Shown: positions 37,663-48,620, counted from the first letter of the whole stretch. The stretch is 62,277 nt of DNA, filler included, from Clostridia bacterium (GCA_030637025.1; 4 parts of 4 records of this genome joined end to end with filler, not necessarily neighbours in it); one strand, 5' to 3'. Notes: generated from the sequence alone by a model not told the origin. Program-made: numbers and translations.

Positions 37663-38448
37663 GTGTTTAAACGTATTATCTTTATCATTCCTCTTATTAC
37701 TCTATTTATATCTTTTTTAAACTGCCCCGGGTGGGCTTCCTTTCGGAGTAAAATATCCAAAGGAAATAAATTCTATCACAAAAAAAAATTTGACCAGGCC
37801 TTAAAAGAATACCAGGGTGCACAAATAAATAATCCTAAATCTTTAGAACTACATTTTAATCTGGGAAGTGCCCTTTACAAAAAAGGAGAATTTGAACAAG
37901 CATATAAGGAATACGAAATGGCAGCTTATAGTAAAAACGCTTTACTCGGAGCAAAAGCATATTACAATATGGGCAATTCCTTATACCGCCAGGGAAAACT
38001 TGCCGAAGCCATACAGCTTTATAAAAAATCTCTGCAAATAAACCCGGATGATAGAGATGCCAAATATAATATTGAATTCGTCCAGAAAAAAATCAAAGAA
38101 CAAATGAACCAAAAACAAAACCAAAAAGATGACCCAAAAAAATCAAAATCAGATAAACAAAAAGAACAAAATAAGCAAAAAGAAAAAGACCAAAAAGAAG
38201 AAGAAAATAAGACTAAAGAAAAATCCAAAGAAAAAGAACAGGAAAAACAAAGAAAACAAGCAGAAGAAAATGAAAAAAAAGAGCAAGAGAATAAAAAATC
38301 CCGGGAAGAAAAACCGAAAAAAGGAGAAATGTCCAAAGAAGATGCTTTAAGAATATTAAATGCATTAGAGAACGAAGAAAAAGCCCAAAAAAACAAAAAG
38401 AAAAATGCAAAAATAAAAGTACCTTTTGCCGTTGAGGAAGACTGGTAG
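37663..38448 (+). CDS. batC: BatC TPR protein with K/E/Q-rich linker
   Basis: TPRs, DAKYN, low-complexity linker, C-terminal EDW. Confidence 0.88.
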   Translation: MFKRIIFIIPLITLFISFLNCPGWASFRSKISKGNKFYHKKKFDQALKEYQGAQINNPKSLELHFNLGSALYKKGEFEQAYKEYEMAAYSKNALLGAKAYYNMGNSLYRQGKLAEAIQLYKKSLQINPDDRDAKYNIEFVQKKIKEQMNQKQNQKDDPKKSKSDKQKEQNKQKEKDQKEEENKTKEKSKEKEQEKQRKQAEENEKKEQENKKSREEKPKKGEMSKEDALRILNALENEEKAQKNKKKNAKIKVPFAVEEDW

Positions 38449-38454
38449 ATAAAA

Positions 38455-40293
38455 ATGAAAAAACTATTATTAAAAACTTTATTATACGGATTAATTTTAC
38501 CTGTTTTTTACTTATTTTGTTTTCTTAACACCCAATCCGTCTTCGCTCAAGACCTTTCCCTTAGTGCATCAGTAAATAAAAAGGTAATTTCTTTAAATGA
38601 ACAATTAACCCTGGAAATTTCCGCATCGGGGAAAACCAGTAAAATTCCTTCTCCTACCCTGCCCGATTTACCGGACTTTACTATTTATTCCGCCGGACGT
38701 TCACAGAACATTTCGGTAATTAACGGAAAGTTTTCTTCCTCTGTTTCTTTCAACTATATCTTATCTCCCCGGAAAGCAGGGAAATATACCATCCCTCCTA
38801 TTACCTTAACCCATAAAGGAACCACTTACAAAACTTCGCCCATTGACATAGAAGTAAAATCGTCCGCCGGTTATTCCCCACCCCTAAAGGTACAAACCCC
38901 TCAGTTATCCTCTCCTTCTCAAGAAGATATACAAGATGAACGGGATATTTTTATTACCACTTCTGTAAATAAAAAAACAGCTTATGTAAACGAACAAATA
39001 ATTCTTACTTTTAAATTTTATCGACGGATAAGACTATTATCTCAACCTCAATATTCACCGCCGGACACTACCGGTTTCTGGAGTGAAGATTTACCCCCGC
39101 AAAAAAACTATTCCACCACAATTAACGGCCGGCCCTACACAGTTACTGAAATAAAAACAGCTCTTTTTCCCACAACATCCGGCAAATATACTATTGGTGA
39201 CGCTAACCTTAAATGCAATATTGAAGATTTCTCCAGGGATGATTCTTTTAGGGACAGCTTTTTTCAAAACTTTTTCTCGGGAGGAAAGACAAAGATTTTA
39301 AAAAGCTCCCCCATTCAGATTAAAGCCCTCCCTTTACCGGAAAGGAGAAAACCGGAAAATTTTAGCGGCACTGTAGGGCAATACTCTATCTCCGCCGGCA
39401 TTGATAAAAATAAAATCCAGGTCAATCAACCAATTACTCTGTCTATAACCATTTCCGGTAAGGGCAATATAAAAACAATTTTCTTGCCCGAGTTTAAAGA
39501 TATTAAAAATTTTAAAAAATACAAAACAGTCAGTTCTCTTAATGTTTCCAAAAAAAATTATACCATCAAAGGCTCTAAAACTTTTACCACCATGATTGTC
39601 CCACAAAAAGCCGGTGAACAAATAATTACCCTGCCGGTTTTCTCTTTTTTTGACCCCGTTGAAAAGAGATATAAAACAATTAAAGTTTCTCCCCTTAAAA
39701 TCAAGGTACTCCCTGCTTCTAAAGAAGAAACTGCCCTGATCCCTACCCTTTCTCAATTCAGGGACGAAATAAAAATTTTAGGAAAAGATATTCGTTATAT
39801 TAAAACAAGAATAAACAAGAAAAACCAGGAAATTTTTCTTTATCAATCACCCCTTTTTATCGGCTTTCATTTTGCCGCTTTTTTAATCTTATTCCTGCTC
39901 TGGCAATATAAAAACCAAACAGACAGGTTAAACCGGGATATTTATTATGCACGAAAAAAACAAGCATTAAAATCGGCAAATCGTGCATTAAAAAATGCAA
40001 AAAAAATGATTAATACCCAAACCTGTAAAGAATTTTACTCTCTTTTAGCCAATGGTTTAATCTCTTATCTGGGAGATAAGTTAAATTTTGCTGCGCGTGG
40101 AATCACGCGGGAAGAATTAAGCAAACAATTAAAAGAAAAAAATATTCCTCAGGATATAATTAACCGATGTATTAAAATCCTAGAAAATTCAGATTTTGCC
40201 CGTTTTGCTTCCAGCAAATTTAATCCGGAAGATTTAAAAAATGATTATCAGGAAATTACTAAAATAATTAAGCAATTAGAAAAATTACTTTAA
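38455..40293 (+). CDS. batD: BatD protein
   Basis: SQNISVING, AYVNEQ, FSGTVGQY, DIRYIK, RFA C-terminus. Confidence 0.9.
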   Translation: MKKLLLKTLLYGLILPVFYLFCFLNTQSVFAQDLSLSASVNKKVISLNEQLTLEISASGKTSKIPSPTLPDLPDFTIYSAGRSQNISVINGKFSSSVSFNYILSPRKAGKYTIPPITLTHKGTTYKTSPIDIEVKSSAGYSPPLKVQTPQLSSPSQEDIQDERDIFITTSVNKKTAYVNEQIILTFKFYRRIRLLSQPQYSPPDTTGFWSEDLPPQKNYSTTINGRPYTVTEIKTALFPTTSGKYTIGDANLKCNIEDFSRDDSFRDSFFQNFFSGGKTKILKSSPIQIKALPLPERRKPENFSGTVGQYSISAGIDKNKIQVNQPITLSITISGKGNIKTIFLPEFKDIKNFKKYKTVSSLNVSKKNYTIKGSKTFTTMIVPQKAGEQIITLPVFSFFDPVEKRYKTIKVSPLKIKVLPASKEETALIPTLSQFRDEIKILGKDIRYIKTRINKKNQEIFLYQSPLFIGFHFAAFLILFLLWQYKNQTDRLNRDIYYARKKQALKSANRALKNAKKMINTQTCKEFYSLLANGLISYLGDKLNFAARGITREELSKQLKEKNIPQDIINRCIKILENSDFARFASSKFNPEDLKNDYQEITKIIKQLEKLL

Positions 40294-40311
40294 GACAGAG
40301 GGTAATAAAAA

Positions 40312-41061
40312 ATGCAAACTAAATTTTTTATATTTATTTTTTTATTTTTGAGCTTATTTAATAATTTTTCTTCAGCTAATTCCGATGTAAATGCCCTTTT
40401 TAAAAAAGGATGCACTCTTTATGAAGAAGGTAATTATCTTCAATCTATCAGCACTTACCAATCAATCATTAAAAAAGGCATTAAGAACTCTACTATTTAC
40501 TATAATTTAGGTAATGCTTATTTTAAAAATGAACAATTAGGAGAAGCCCTTGTCTTTTATGAACGCGCTTTCAGACTTTCTCCCCGTAACGAAGATATCC
40601 GTTTTAACCTCACTTTTGCCAGATTACAAGCATCCGGGAAAAAGACTCAGGGAATTTTTAAGAAATTTTTTTCTAATATTTACCATTTCTTAAGCATAAA
40701 CGAATTAACCCTGATTACTTCATTCTTTTATTTTTCTTTATGCGTATTAATAGCTATCTATATTTTCAAAAAAAAATCTCCTTTATTATGGCTAATCCTT
40801 CCGGCAGGATTTTTAATTATTTTCAATGGATTGTGGCTGGGTGTAAAAATTTATAAGGAAAAAATAACTACTTCTGCCATTGTCGTTTCTCCTTGCGGAG
40901 AGGTGCATAATGGACCCTCTGATGATTATTCTATTGGTTTTACTCTTCCTGAAGGAGAAAAGGTAATTGTTCTTCAGGAAAAAGGCTCCTGGTACGCTGT
41001 CGGAGTTAAAGAAAAAGGATTAAAGGGATGGATAAGGAAAGAATCAATAGAAAAAATATAA
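40312..41061 (+). CDS. batE: BatE TPR/SH3b protein
   Basis: YYNLGNAY, two TM, C-terminal SH3-like ...GWI. Confidence 0.88.
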   Translation: MQTKFFIFIFLFLSLFNNFSSANSDVNALFKKGCTLYEEGNYLQSISTYQSIIKKGIKNSTIYYNLGNAYFKNEQLGEALVFYERAFRLSPRNEDIRFNLTFARLQASGKKTQGIFKKFFSNIYHFLSINELTLITSFFYFSLCVLIAIYIFKKKSPLLWLILPAGFLIIFNGLWLGVKIYKEKITTSAIVVSPCGEVHNGPSDDYSIGFTLPEGEKVIVLQEKGSWYAVGVKEKGLKGWIRKESIEKI

Positions 41062-41104
41062 CGGAAACTAACTACTATCAAAAAAGGATTCAGTCGGGTA
41101 TAAT

Positions 41105-41542
41105 ATGTTCTCTTCAAAAAACAATCTTCCTCCTTTTGAATTTATCTTTGATAAATACAAACAAAAGATATTCAACCTTATTTACCGTTTATTAAACGAT
41201 TCCCATCAGGCAGAAGATTTAACCCAGGAAACATTCCTTCGCGCTTATAAAGCTTATAATAATTTTCGTCAGGAAGCAGATGTTTATTCCTGGCTTTACT
41301 GCATCGCTTTAAACCTGTGCCGGAAAAAAATAAGACAGCTGTCCAGGAAAAAAAAGAACCCCATTATTTCCCTGGACCAGACCTTTGAGGATAAAGATGG
41401 TAACCAAATAAATAAGCAAATTCCCGATCCCTCAAGTAATACACCTCTGGAAAAAAAAGGAATCTATACAATTAAATCCCCTCCCACTATCAGCGTGTGG
41501 GCAAACGGAAGTAGTGCTACAAAAACTCTCCTTAAATGGTAA
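41105..41542 (+). pseudogene. ECF sigma factor lacking region 4
   Basis: Region 2 AEDLTQETFLRAY...SWLYCIALN intact; no region-4 HTH recognisable after about residue 118. Confidence 0.7.
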
Positions 41543-41724
41543 AATTGACCATGCCTATCCCGTTTTATTCGGGGTCAATACTCAAATTAAAAACTATAGT
41601 TTAATATTTTTTTCTTTATTCTTCAGGAAAGAACCAAAAAAGATGAGCTTTAAATAAAAAAAACCTCTAAAAAAAATAGAGATTTTTAAAATTTCGTAAA
41701 ACTTTATTTTTATAAAACTTATTT

Positions 41725-43308
41725 TTATTTATAAACGTTATAATCCATCCAGGGAAAAATATTATCCTTATATTCAATATCAGAAAGCCAATCTTCGTCT
41801 ATATTATCCTGCTTTATATCATTATACAATTTAGTAAAACGATTAAGATGTTTTTTTGTTTTCTTATGAGCATAATCAACTACCGTTCCGGTTGTCATAA
41901 TAAAAGCCCAATCACTACTTTGAGCTAAAAGCAATTCCCGTGCTGCCTGATTTAAGACACGTTCTTTAATTCCCTGTGCCTGAGAATTTTGAGCAGTTAT
42001 TTCAACCATTCTATCCACGGCTTTATGTAAATGCCTATAAATCCAATCGTTAGACCCATTCAACCAGCATTCATTATATCCTTTATCCCCCCATGTTGAT
42101 AAAGAGGGAGTAACAATTTGATTTTTGGGATTTTCCTTTAAATATTCTATAGGGGTTATCAATCTTATAGTGTTTTGGTCGTGATAAATTTTCCGGAATA
42201 AAAAATCAATAAAAGAAGGTCCTTCATACCACCAGTGACCGAATAATTCTGCATCATAAGGAGAAACTATTATGGGTTTCTTTCCCATTAAATCAAAAAG
42301 GTGTTCTATCTGCTTCTCCCGATTAAACATAAAATTACCCGCATGAGAAGCAGCAACATCCAGGGCATCTTGCGGACAATACGGTTCTTTCATATATAAA
42401 GGAACCTTACCGGTAATCTTATAATATTTCATTCCTATATTCTTTCTTATCCCATTAGAATGGAGATATGGACGAATATATTCATAATCAGAATCATAAC
42501 CTAAATCCCGGTAAAATTCTCTATAGCAAAAATCTCCCGGATAACCCGTATCTGCACTCCATACCTGTTGAGACGATTCTGAATCCCGGGCAAAAGCTGC
42601 AACTCCGGAAGGACAAAAAACCGGAGCAAAAACTCCATATTTTGGCCGGGGTTTACCGTACATTACTCCATGGGTATCGGTAAAGAAAAATTTAATTCCC
42701 TCTTGCTTAAGAATTTCATCAATACCCGGGCTGTAGGCACATTCCGAAAGCCATATTCCTTTTGGTTTTCGCCCAAAACGCATTTCGTAATCTTTCACAG
42801 CAACCTTTACCTGCGCTTTTATTGCCTTTTGATTAACCATTAAAGGCAAAATCCCGTGAGTAGCACATCCGGTAATAATTTCTATTTTCCCCATATCCTG
42901 AAATTTCTTAAAAGCCGAAAGAATATCACAATGATATTTGTCCTCAAAAATATAACGGGCGACTTTAAACTTTTTTTCGTACATTATGGCTGCTCTACAA
43001 AGTTGGGGCATCCACTGTAAACGTTTAACTTCTTTTTCTGACAATTCAATCAACTTATACAAATATCTAAGATATCGTTCTCGAAGAAGAGAATCAGAAA
43101 GCATAGCACATAAAGGAGGAGTTAAGGTCATAGTAAGTCTAAAATCAACATTATCTTCTACTAACCGGTCAAAAATTTCAATTAAAGGAATATATGTCTC
43201 AGTAATTGCCTCAAAAAGCCAGTCTTCTTCCATAAAATCTTTATATTCGGGATGTCGAACAAAAGGAAGATGTGCATGCAATACAAAACATAAATACCCT
43301 TTTTCCAT
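41725..43308 (-). CDS. GH57 1,4-alpha-glucan branching enzyme (DUF1957)
   Basis: LHAHLPFV, WLFEAITETY, GIWLSEC, YDAELFGHWW, AQSSDW. Confidence 0.94.
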   Translation of the reverse strand: MEKGYLCFVLHAHLPFVRHPEYKDFMEEDWLFEAITETYIPLIEIFDRLVEDNVDFRLTMTLTPPLCAMLSDSLLRERYLRYLYKLIELSEKEVKRLQWMPQLCRAAIMYEKKFKVARYIFEDKYHCDILSAFKKFQDMGKIEIITGCATHGILPLMVNQKAIKAQVKVAVKDYEMRFGRKPKGIWLSECAYSPGIDEILKQEGIKFFFTDTHGVMYGKPRPKYGVFAPVFCPSGVAAFARDSESSQQVWSADTGYPGDFCYREFYRDLGYDSDYEYIRPYLHSNGIRKNIGMKYYKITGKVPLYMKEPYCPQDALDVAASHAGNFMFNREKQIEHLFDLMGKKPIIVSPYDAELFGHWWYEGPSFIDFLFRKIYHDQNTIRLITPIEYLKENPKNQIVTPSLSTWGDKGYNECWLNGSNDWIYRHLHKAVDRMVEITAQNSQAQGIKERVLNQAARELLLAQSSDWAFIMTTGTVVDYAHKKTKKHLNRFTKLYNDIKQDNIDEDWLSDIEYKDNIFPWMDYNVYK

Positions 43309-43350
43309 TATTAACCCTCTTCTATTAATTTAAATATTGATTTTAAAATT

Positions 43351-44223
43351 CTATTGGTTTGTACTCCGATTTACGACAATCTTAATATTCCGTTTTTCTT
43401 TTTTGTTTTTAGAAACTACTGAGAGAGGAATCTCCTGACATCCATCAGGTAATGCCATCCTTAAAGAAAATGTTCCATCCGGTTTTAAGTTCACTTCTTT
43501 ACCCTGTACACTTAAAATTGCATCTGACTGAGTAGCTCCGCAAATTGTTAATTCTGCATTAGCTATAAACCAAAATCCACTTGTCTGGGGTTTATTCCAT
43601 ATCCCTAAAGAAGACATTCCCGGAGAACTTACAGAAATAATTTCTTTCATTTCATCAAAAAGTTTTCTTTTCACCGTAATTGAACTTTTACCAATATTTT
43701 CCACACCTACTAATTTCATCAATTTATCAAAATCACCCTTCACCAACATCCATTCTTCATCAGTAATATCCGATATTTTTCCTTCCGGTAAAGTAATAAT
43801 ATTAGACCTGGCTAAAATGAGAAACTCCCTCTCCGAAACACGTAAACCAATATCCACACAACAACTTGTCCCTTCTTTATTAAGGTTAATATACCAATTA
43901 TTAGCCCCGGAAGGAAGATCTATATCAAAAAAATAATGAGCATTCAACCCGTTAAAATCAATATTGGTAACATCATAAACCCTTAAAGTAAAAGGTCTTT
44001 CTTTAAAAATATCCCGGCCAAACTTTTCCCTTACCTGTGTTTTTTTTTGCTCATTAATTTCCCAATAAGTATACACTACCCGCGGATCACGAGGTAAAAT
44101 AACAATTTTATTATCTTCATAATTTAAAGGTAAAGAATCTCCTGTTTCTATAGAAACATTCTTCTTTTCAAAAACATAACTATTATGAGAAGACATCGGC
44201 TCTTTTCCCTCTATATTTTCCAT
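43351..44223 (-). CDS. DUF4912 domain protein
   Basis: LPRDP..YTYWE, LRVYDVT, ARSN, FW..ANAEL..G, DGTF. Confidence 0.88.
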   Translation of the reverse strand: MENIEGKEPMSSHNSYVFEKKNVSIETGDSLPLNYEDNKIVILPRDPRVVYTYWEINEQKKTQVREKFGRDIFKERPFTLRVYDVTNIDFNGLNAHYFFDIDLPSGANNWYINLNKEGTSCCVDIGLRVSEREFLILARSNIITLPEGKISDITDEEWMLVKGDFDKLMKLVGVENIGKSSITVKRKLFDEMKEIISVSSPGMSSLGIWNKPQTSGFWFIANAELTICGATQSDAILSVQGKEVNLKPDGTFSLRMALPDGCQEIPLSVVSKNKKEKRNIKIVVNRSTNQ

Positions 44224-44367
44224 AAAATCTACCCCTTTATTTTATATCAACCTATTTAAGGACACTACACCCTCTTTACACTAAACTGTCTTATTTTACT
44301 TTTTTCTTTTATTCTTGTCAAGACAAAAAGAAAACGAATCAAAGGCATATTTTATCGGAAACAATGA

Positions 44368-44395
44368 CATTCCCCGCAGCAAGCTGCGGGGAATG
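44368..44395. repeat. Perfect GC-rich palindrome (repeat family; possible terminator)
   Basis: CATTCCCCGCAGC-AA-GCTGCGGGGAATG. Confidence 0.7.
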
Positions 44396-44464
44396 AACCT
44401 TACAAAAACAGGCACTTTTTAAAAATCATAAAAAATTACAATTATAATTTTTACTAAATTTTAT

Positions 44465-45088
44465 TTAAATATACCCTTTATATAAATAATAAATAAATTT
44501 TATATACTCATTATTTACACGGACAAGACCTTTTTCGGAAGTCCACCAATTGTCTGCGGAAAACCAGCTATCCTGGACAGGATAAAACATTAAAGTTATA
44601 GCATTTTTTTTAAATCTTTTTTTAAATACAAAAAAAGCCCTTTTCATATGGTACGGCTCACTGATAATAATAAGTGCCTTAAAACCATATCTTTCAACCG
44701 TTTCTTTAATCAATAAAGCATCATCGTAAGTACTATGTGACTGTAATTCAATAATTATATCTTTTTCTTCAATACCATTTAACATTGCCTCTTTTTTAGC
44801 CAATTGTGCCCAATGCACTTCTCCTAAAGAAGGAACATCCAATTTTTCTCCGGTAAAAATAATTTTTTTGGCATATTTTTGCTTAAAAAGTTTTATCCCC
44901 TGAATACTTCTCTCTTTCTCTCCTCCTCCTAATACGACTATAACATCTGCCGGTTTTAAAGTTGTCTGATAGACGAGATATTTTCCTATTTGACTCAACC
45001 AAAATTTATAACTGAATAATAAAAAAAATAAAAAGGATATTATAAAAAAGACAATCCTTTTTAGTGCCTTTTTTTTAAAATAGAACAA
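44465..45088 (-). CDS. YdcF/DUF218 family protein
   Basis: ADVIVVLGGG, STYDDA, YHMKRA, EYIK. Confidence 0.88.
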   Translation of the reverse strand: MFYFKKKALKRIVFFIISFLFFLLFSYKFWLSQIGKYLVYQTTLKPADVIVVLGGGEKERSIQGIKLFKQKYAKKIIFTGEKLDVPSLGEVHWAQLAKKEAMLNGIEEKDIIIELQSHSTYDDALLIKETVERYGFKALIIISEPYHMKRAFFVFKKRFKKNAITLMFYPVQDSWFSADNWWTSEKGLVRVNNEYIKFIYYLYKGYI

Positions 45089-45122
45089 TTTTTCACCTTA
45101 TATATTTACGAAAGAAGTATTT

Positions 45123-45527
45123 TTATTTATGCCCCTTTTGGGGATATCTTGCTTCTACAATTGTTTTTATTCCACCCCTAAAATTAAATTCTCCGGAAAC
45201 GTTAACCCGTTTAGGTTTTGCTGCTTTGACTATATCCTGTAAGATACAATTAATCGCATTTTCATAGAATATACCTAAATTACGATATTTTCCAATATAA
45301 AGCTTTAGAGATTTAAGTTCCAGACAATATTTTAGCGGTACATATTTAATAATAATCGTCCCAAAATCCGGCAAACCGGTTTTAGGACAAATAGAAGTAA
45401 ATTCAGGAATAACAATGGTTATTTCATAATTTTTAAATTGATTCACCCAACATTCAATATCAGGCAGTTTTTCCTTCAACCCTGCCTGGGCATGTTTATC
45501 AGTATATCTTCCTTTAGCCGAAAGCAT
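45123..45527 (-). CDS. queF: preQ0 reductase (type 1)
   Basis: EFTSICPKTGLPDFG, ELKSLKLY, RGGI. Confidence 0.95.
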   Translation of the reverse strand: MLSAKGRYTDKHAQAGLKEKLPDIECWVNQFKNYEITIVIPEFTSICPKTGLPDFGTIIIKYVPLKYCLELKSLKLYIGKYRNLGIFYENAINCILQDIVKAAKPKRVNVSGEFNFRGGIKTIVEARYPQKGHK

Positions 45528-45550
45528 TTATTACCTCCCTAAAAAATATA

Positions 45551-46504
45551 TCACTTTTTTTCTAATACTAAATCAGACAAATAATACTTACATTTCCCTG
45601 CCCAGTTTTTCCGGTCAGGCCCTATCCGGACAGAAAAAGGAAGACTATACCCGACCTTAAGTATTTTCCCCTTATTAACTTTTTTTTCACCCTTAGCAAC
45701 AACATTAAAACTCCTTTCTAAAATAACTTTCTTTTTATTATTTAAAAGTTTAATATTCATTTTCACATTAGTAATACCTCTTTTACTTATATTTTTTATT
45801 TTACCCTTAGCTAAAATCGAACTACCATCTTTTTTATCCTCATACCTTTTTATTTTAAACTTACTGACTATTACATACTTACTGACTTTTAAATTTTTCT
45901 TGGTTATTGACTTTTTTACGCTTTTCCGTTTCTTTTTTGGAGTAACTTTTTTTGCTATAGGTACTTCTTTTTTTATTTTCGCTATTTTTTTTGTTTTTTT
46001 TGCTCCATTTGTTTTCTTTTTAATTTTCACTTCCTTCTCCTCCACTTCAGGAGGAAACATTTTCTCTCTCAATGTAAATAAATTCAAATTCAACATTTGT
46101 ATTTCTTTTTTATTTTCATAACTAATTTTTATTCCTAATCCCAAACATACCAAGATCCCTATTGTACTAAAAAATAATAACCGGTAAATCTTTTTTTGGG
46201 ATGATATTATATGTTTTGTCGACTTACAAACTTCTTCTTTATAACATTCAATATTTTTAACCGACCTATCATTCAAGACAGTTATTTTTCTCTCCAGCGG
46301 CTTTAAGTTTTTTTCCAATAATCCCGAAACTTTAGAAACTAACTTTTCTTCTTTTGATTCTTCGATTTCTTTTTCTATAGCAAACAATTTTTCCCCTTGA
46401 AAAGATTCTTTTTCCGGTATATTGTCCACTTTGTCCCTTTTATCTCCCTTCTCTTTTTTCCCTTCTAATTCTCTTTTTAATGCTTCTATCTCCTGTTTAT
46501 CCAT
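45551..46504 (-). CDS. Single-pass membrane protein with Lys-rich linker and C-terminal FxLYD-like Ig domain
   Basis: Charged N-terminus, one TM, GKIKN...PFSV beta domain. Confidence 0.6.
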   Translation of the reverse strand: MDKQEIEALKRELEGKKEKGDKRDKVDNIPEKESFQGEKLFAIEKEIEESKEEKLVSKVSGLLEKNLKPLERKITVLNDRSVKNIECYKEEVCKSTKHIISSQKKIYRLLFFSTIGILVCLGLGIKISYENKKEIQMLNLNLFTLREKMFPPEVEEKEVKIKKKTNGAKKTKKIAKIKKEVPIAKKVTPKKKRKSVKKSITKKNLKVSKYVIVSKFKIKRYEDKKDGSSILAKGKIKNISKRGITNVKMNIKLLNNKKKVILERSFNVVAKGEKKVNKGKILKVGYSLPFSVRIGPDRKNWAGKCKYYLSDLVLEKK

Positions 46505-46525
46505 ATTTCTACCTCCTTTTGCTTT

Positions 46526-46978
46526 TTACTCTAAACTTTCTATCTGCTCCGGATCCTTCACTATTATCTCCGGCTTACCTTCGTATTCCTTAATATAACC
46601 GAATATGCGAACTTTTTTCCCTTGATAAAAAGTTTCGGGATTTAATGGAAATAAAGAAAATGAGGAAGCAAAAATAACTGCCGTGAAATGTTTTCTATAA
46701 TCCTGATGGAAATTAAGAAAACAGGCCTTTCCTGAATTATAAGCAGCCACAATCGTTCCTTCCACAGCAACATACTCTCCATAGTGATTTCCTGCTTCCT
46801 GCCAGGAAATCACTTGAATTGACCTTGATGATTTGAGAACTTCTGTTTGCTGCCTATCCAAACAACTACTACCCGTAAACCAAACTTTAGCAAAATACAT
46901 TATTAAAACAACTGCTATAATAACAAAAATAATTCTAATAAACAAAATTTTAAAATCAATATTTTGTTTTATCATCAT
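46526..46978 (-). CDS. Membrane-anchored OB-fold protein
   Basis: VEG...FLNF...FTAVIF...YQGKKVRIFGYIKEYEGKPEI. Confidence 0.78.
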   Translation of the reverse strand: MMIKQNIDFKILFIRIIFVIIAVVLIMYFAKVWFTGSSCLDRQQTEVLKSSRSIQVISWQEAGNHYGEYVAVEGTIVAAYNSGKACFLNFHQDYRKHFTAVIFASSFSLFPLNPETFYQGKKVRIFGYIKEYEGKPEIIVKDPEQIESLE

Positions 46979-47693
46979 TTTGGTTTTTTACCTTTTCTAA
47001 GGGATATTTTTCAACAAGATCATTCAGTAATTTATCCAATTCTTTACGCCCCCGGAGACTAAGAGATTCATATCTTTTTGCAAGATTGGCAATTCTCCCA
47101 TCCCGAAGCGTTAAATGCCATAAACCATATTGCTTCCTTCGTGCCTCCTGTTCTAAAATAATAAATTTATCTCTTCTATGAAAAGGAAACCGGGTATAAG
47201 CATAGGCATAGCCCCAACGAATCATTTCAGCATTTATAAGACGGTCATTAATAAAAACATAGGCTAAAACCCTTCCATACTTATCCCGTTTGTTATGGGG
47301 TTCATACTCCAGAAAACACTTATGTCCTTCAGCTATTTGTTTTAAAAATCTTGCCGATTCCTGTCCAAATCTCTGCACCGGAATTACCGGATGGTGAACT
47401 TCGGGGGCATCAATACCAATAAACCGCACCAACTGATCATTACTAAGTCGAATTGTATCCCCATCAATAACACTTTTTATACGAAATGGCCCTTCTTTCA
47501 AAAACAAAGAAGAAGTCTTTACTTCGGGAAGGGTTTTTCTAAAACATTCTTTGTGATTTAATTTTGAATGAATCACGGCCATTATTAAAATAATACTTAC
47601 CGTAGTAAATATAAGCCTTACCAGAAAAACATCACGATAAATCAACTTATAAAAATTCTTACAATAAATAAAAAATTTTATTTGCTTTTTCAT
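46956..47693 (-). CDS. Thermonuclease (SNase) family protein
   Basis: VIDGDTI, GIDAPE, DKYGRVLAY, GLW. Confidence 0.92.
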   Translation of the reverse strand: MKKQIKFFIYCKNFYKLIYRDVFLVRLIFTTVSIILIMAVIHSKLNHKECFRKTLPEVKTSSLFLKEGPFRIKSVIDGDTIRLSNDQLVRFIGIDAPEVHHPVIPVQRFGQESARFLKQIAEGHKCFLEYEPHNKRDKYGRVLAYVFINDRLINAEMIRWGYAYAYTRFPFHRRDKFIILEQEARRKQYGLWHLTLRDGRIANLAKRYESLSLRGRKELDKLLNDLVEKYPLEKVKNQNDDKTKY

Positions 47694-47964
47694 AAATTTG
47701 TTTGCAAATTTTAAAATTTACTTTTTCATATCCTTTCTTTCGAAAACAAAACAAATATCCATGCTCCAATATAAAAGATATCACAAGAAAATCAAAGTGG
47801 CAAGGCAAAAATTTAACTTCACATTCCGATAGATTAATATCTTAAAAAGATTGACATAGGATAGGAAAGTATTATATATTATTGAAAATGTAAAGTCAAT
47901 CATTACTCCTTAAGTTAAATTGAGGCAAAAAATTTAGGTTTTTATAAAAAGACGGTATAATAAA

Positions 47965-48612
47965 ATGAAAAAAATAGTAGCAGTATTTGATATTGACGGA
48001 ACAATTATAGATTTTTTTTCGGAAAGAATATTTTTACTTTTTCTATTGTCAAAAGGGAAATTATTCATAAATGATTTATTCAATTATGCAGTAAACTTAT
48101 TACAAACAGCTGATCAGGGATGTATATTTGCAACTAAAGGCAATAAAGCATATTTTAAAGGAAAAGACTCTACACAAATAGAAAAATTAGCCCATACATG
48201 TTTCAGAAAACATATCCTCCATAGAATTTTTGCTCGTGCTAAAGAAAAAATCAAACAACATCAACAGCAACAACACGAAATAGTTTTTATCTCAGGAACA
48301 TTACCTTTTTTATTAAATGAATATAAGAATTATTTTGGGGTAAATAAGGGCTATGGTACAAGATTAGAGACTAAAAATGGTAAATTTACCGGAAAAACAA
48401 TGGGAATATATCCTTACGGTGAAGGGAAAGCTGAAATAGTAAAAAAATATCTTACTGGAAATGAATATGATTTATCCCGTTCTTTTGCTTATGGTAATCA
48501 TCTCTCCGATATAAAATCTCTTAAATTATTCGGAAATGCTTTTATGATTAATCCTAACAAAAAATTGGCAGCAATTGCCAGAGCGGAATCGATAAAAATA
48601 GAATATTTTTGA
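47965..48612 (+). CDS. HAD-IB family hydrolase (SerB-like)
   Basis: FDIDGT, ISG, GKA, AYGNHLSD. Confidence 0.88.
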   Translation: MKKIVAVFDIDGTIIDFFSERIFLLFLLSKGKLFINDLFNYAVNLLQTADQGCIFATKGNKAYFKGKDSTQIEKLAHTCFRKHILHRIFARAKEKIKQHQQQQHEIVFISGTLPFLLNEYKNYFGVNKGYGTRLETKNGKFTGKTMGIYPYGEGKAEIVKKYLTGNEYDLSRSFAYGNHLSDIKSLKLFGNAFMINPNKKLAAIARAESIKIEYF

Positions 48613-48620
48613 TTTTAAAA

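Noticed and set aside
38019-38410. Antisense and alternate-frame Phe- or Lys-rich ORFs over batC (similarly 45900-46121)
   Set aside because: Shadows of low-complexity A-rich linker coding sequence
45527-45551. preQ1 riboswitch before queF; lysine riboswitch near lysA/dapA/asd
   Set aside because: Gap before queF is only about 23 bp; no recognisable riboswitch consensus seen at the other loci
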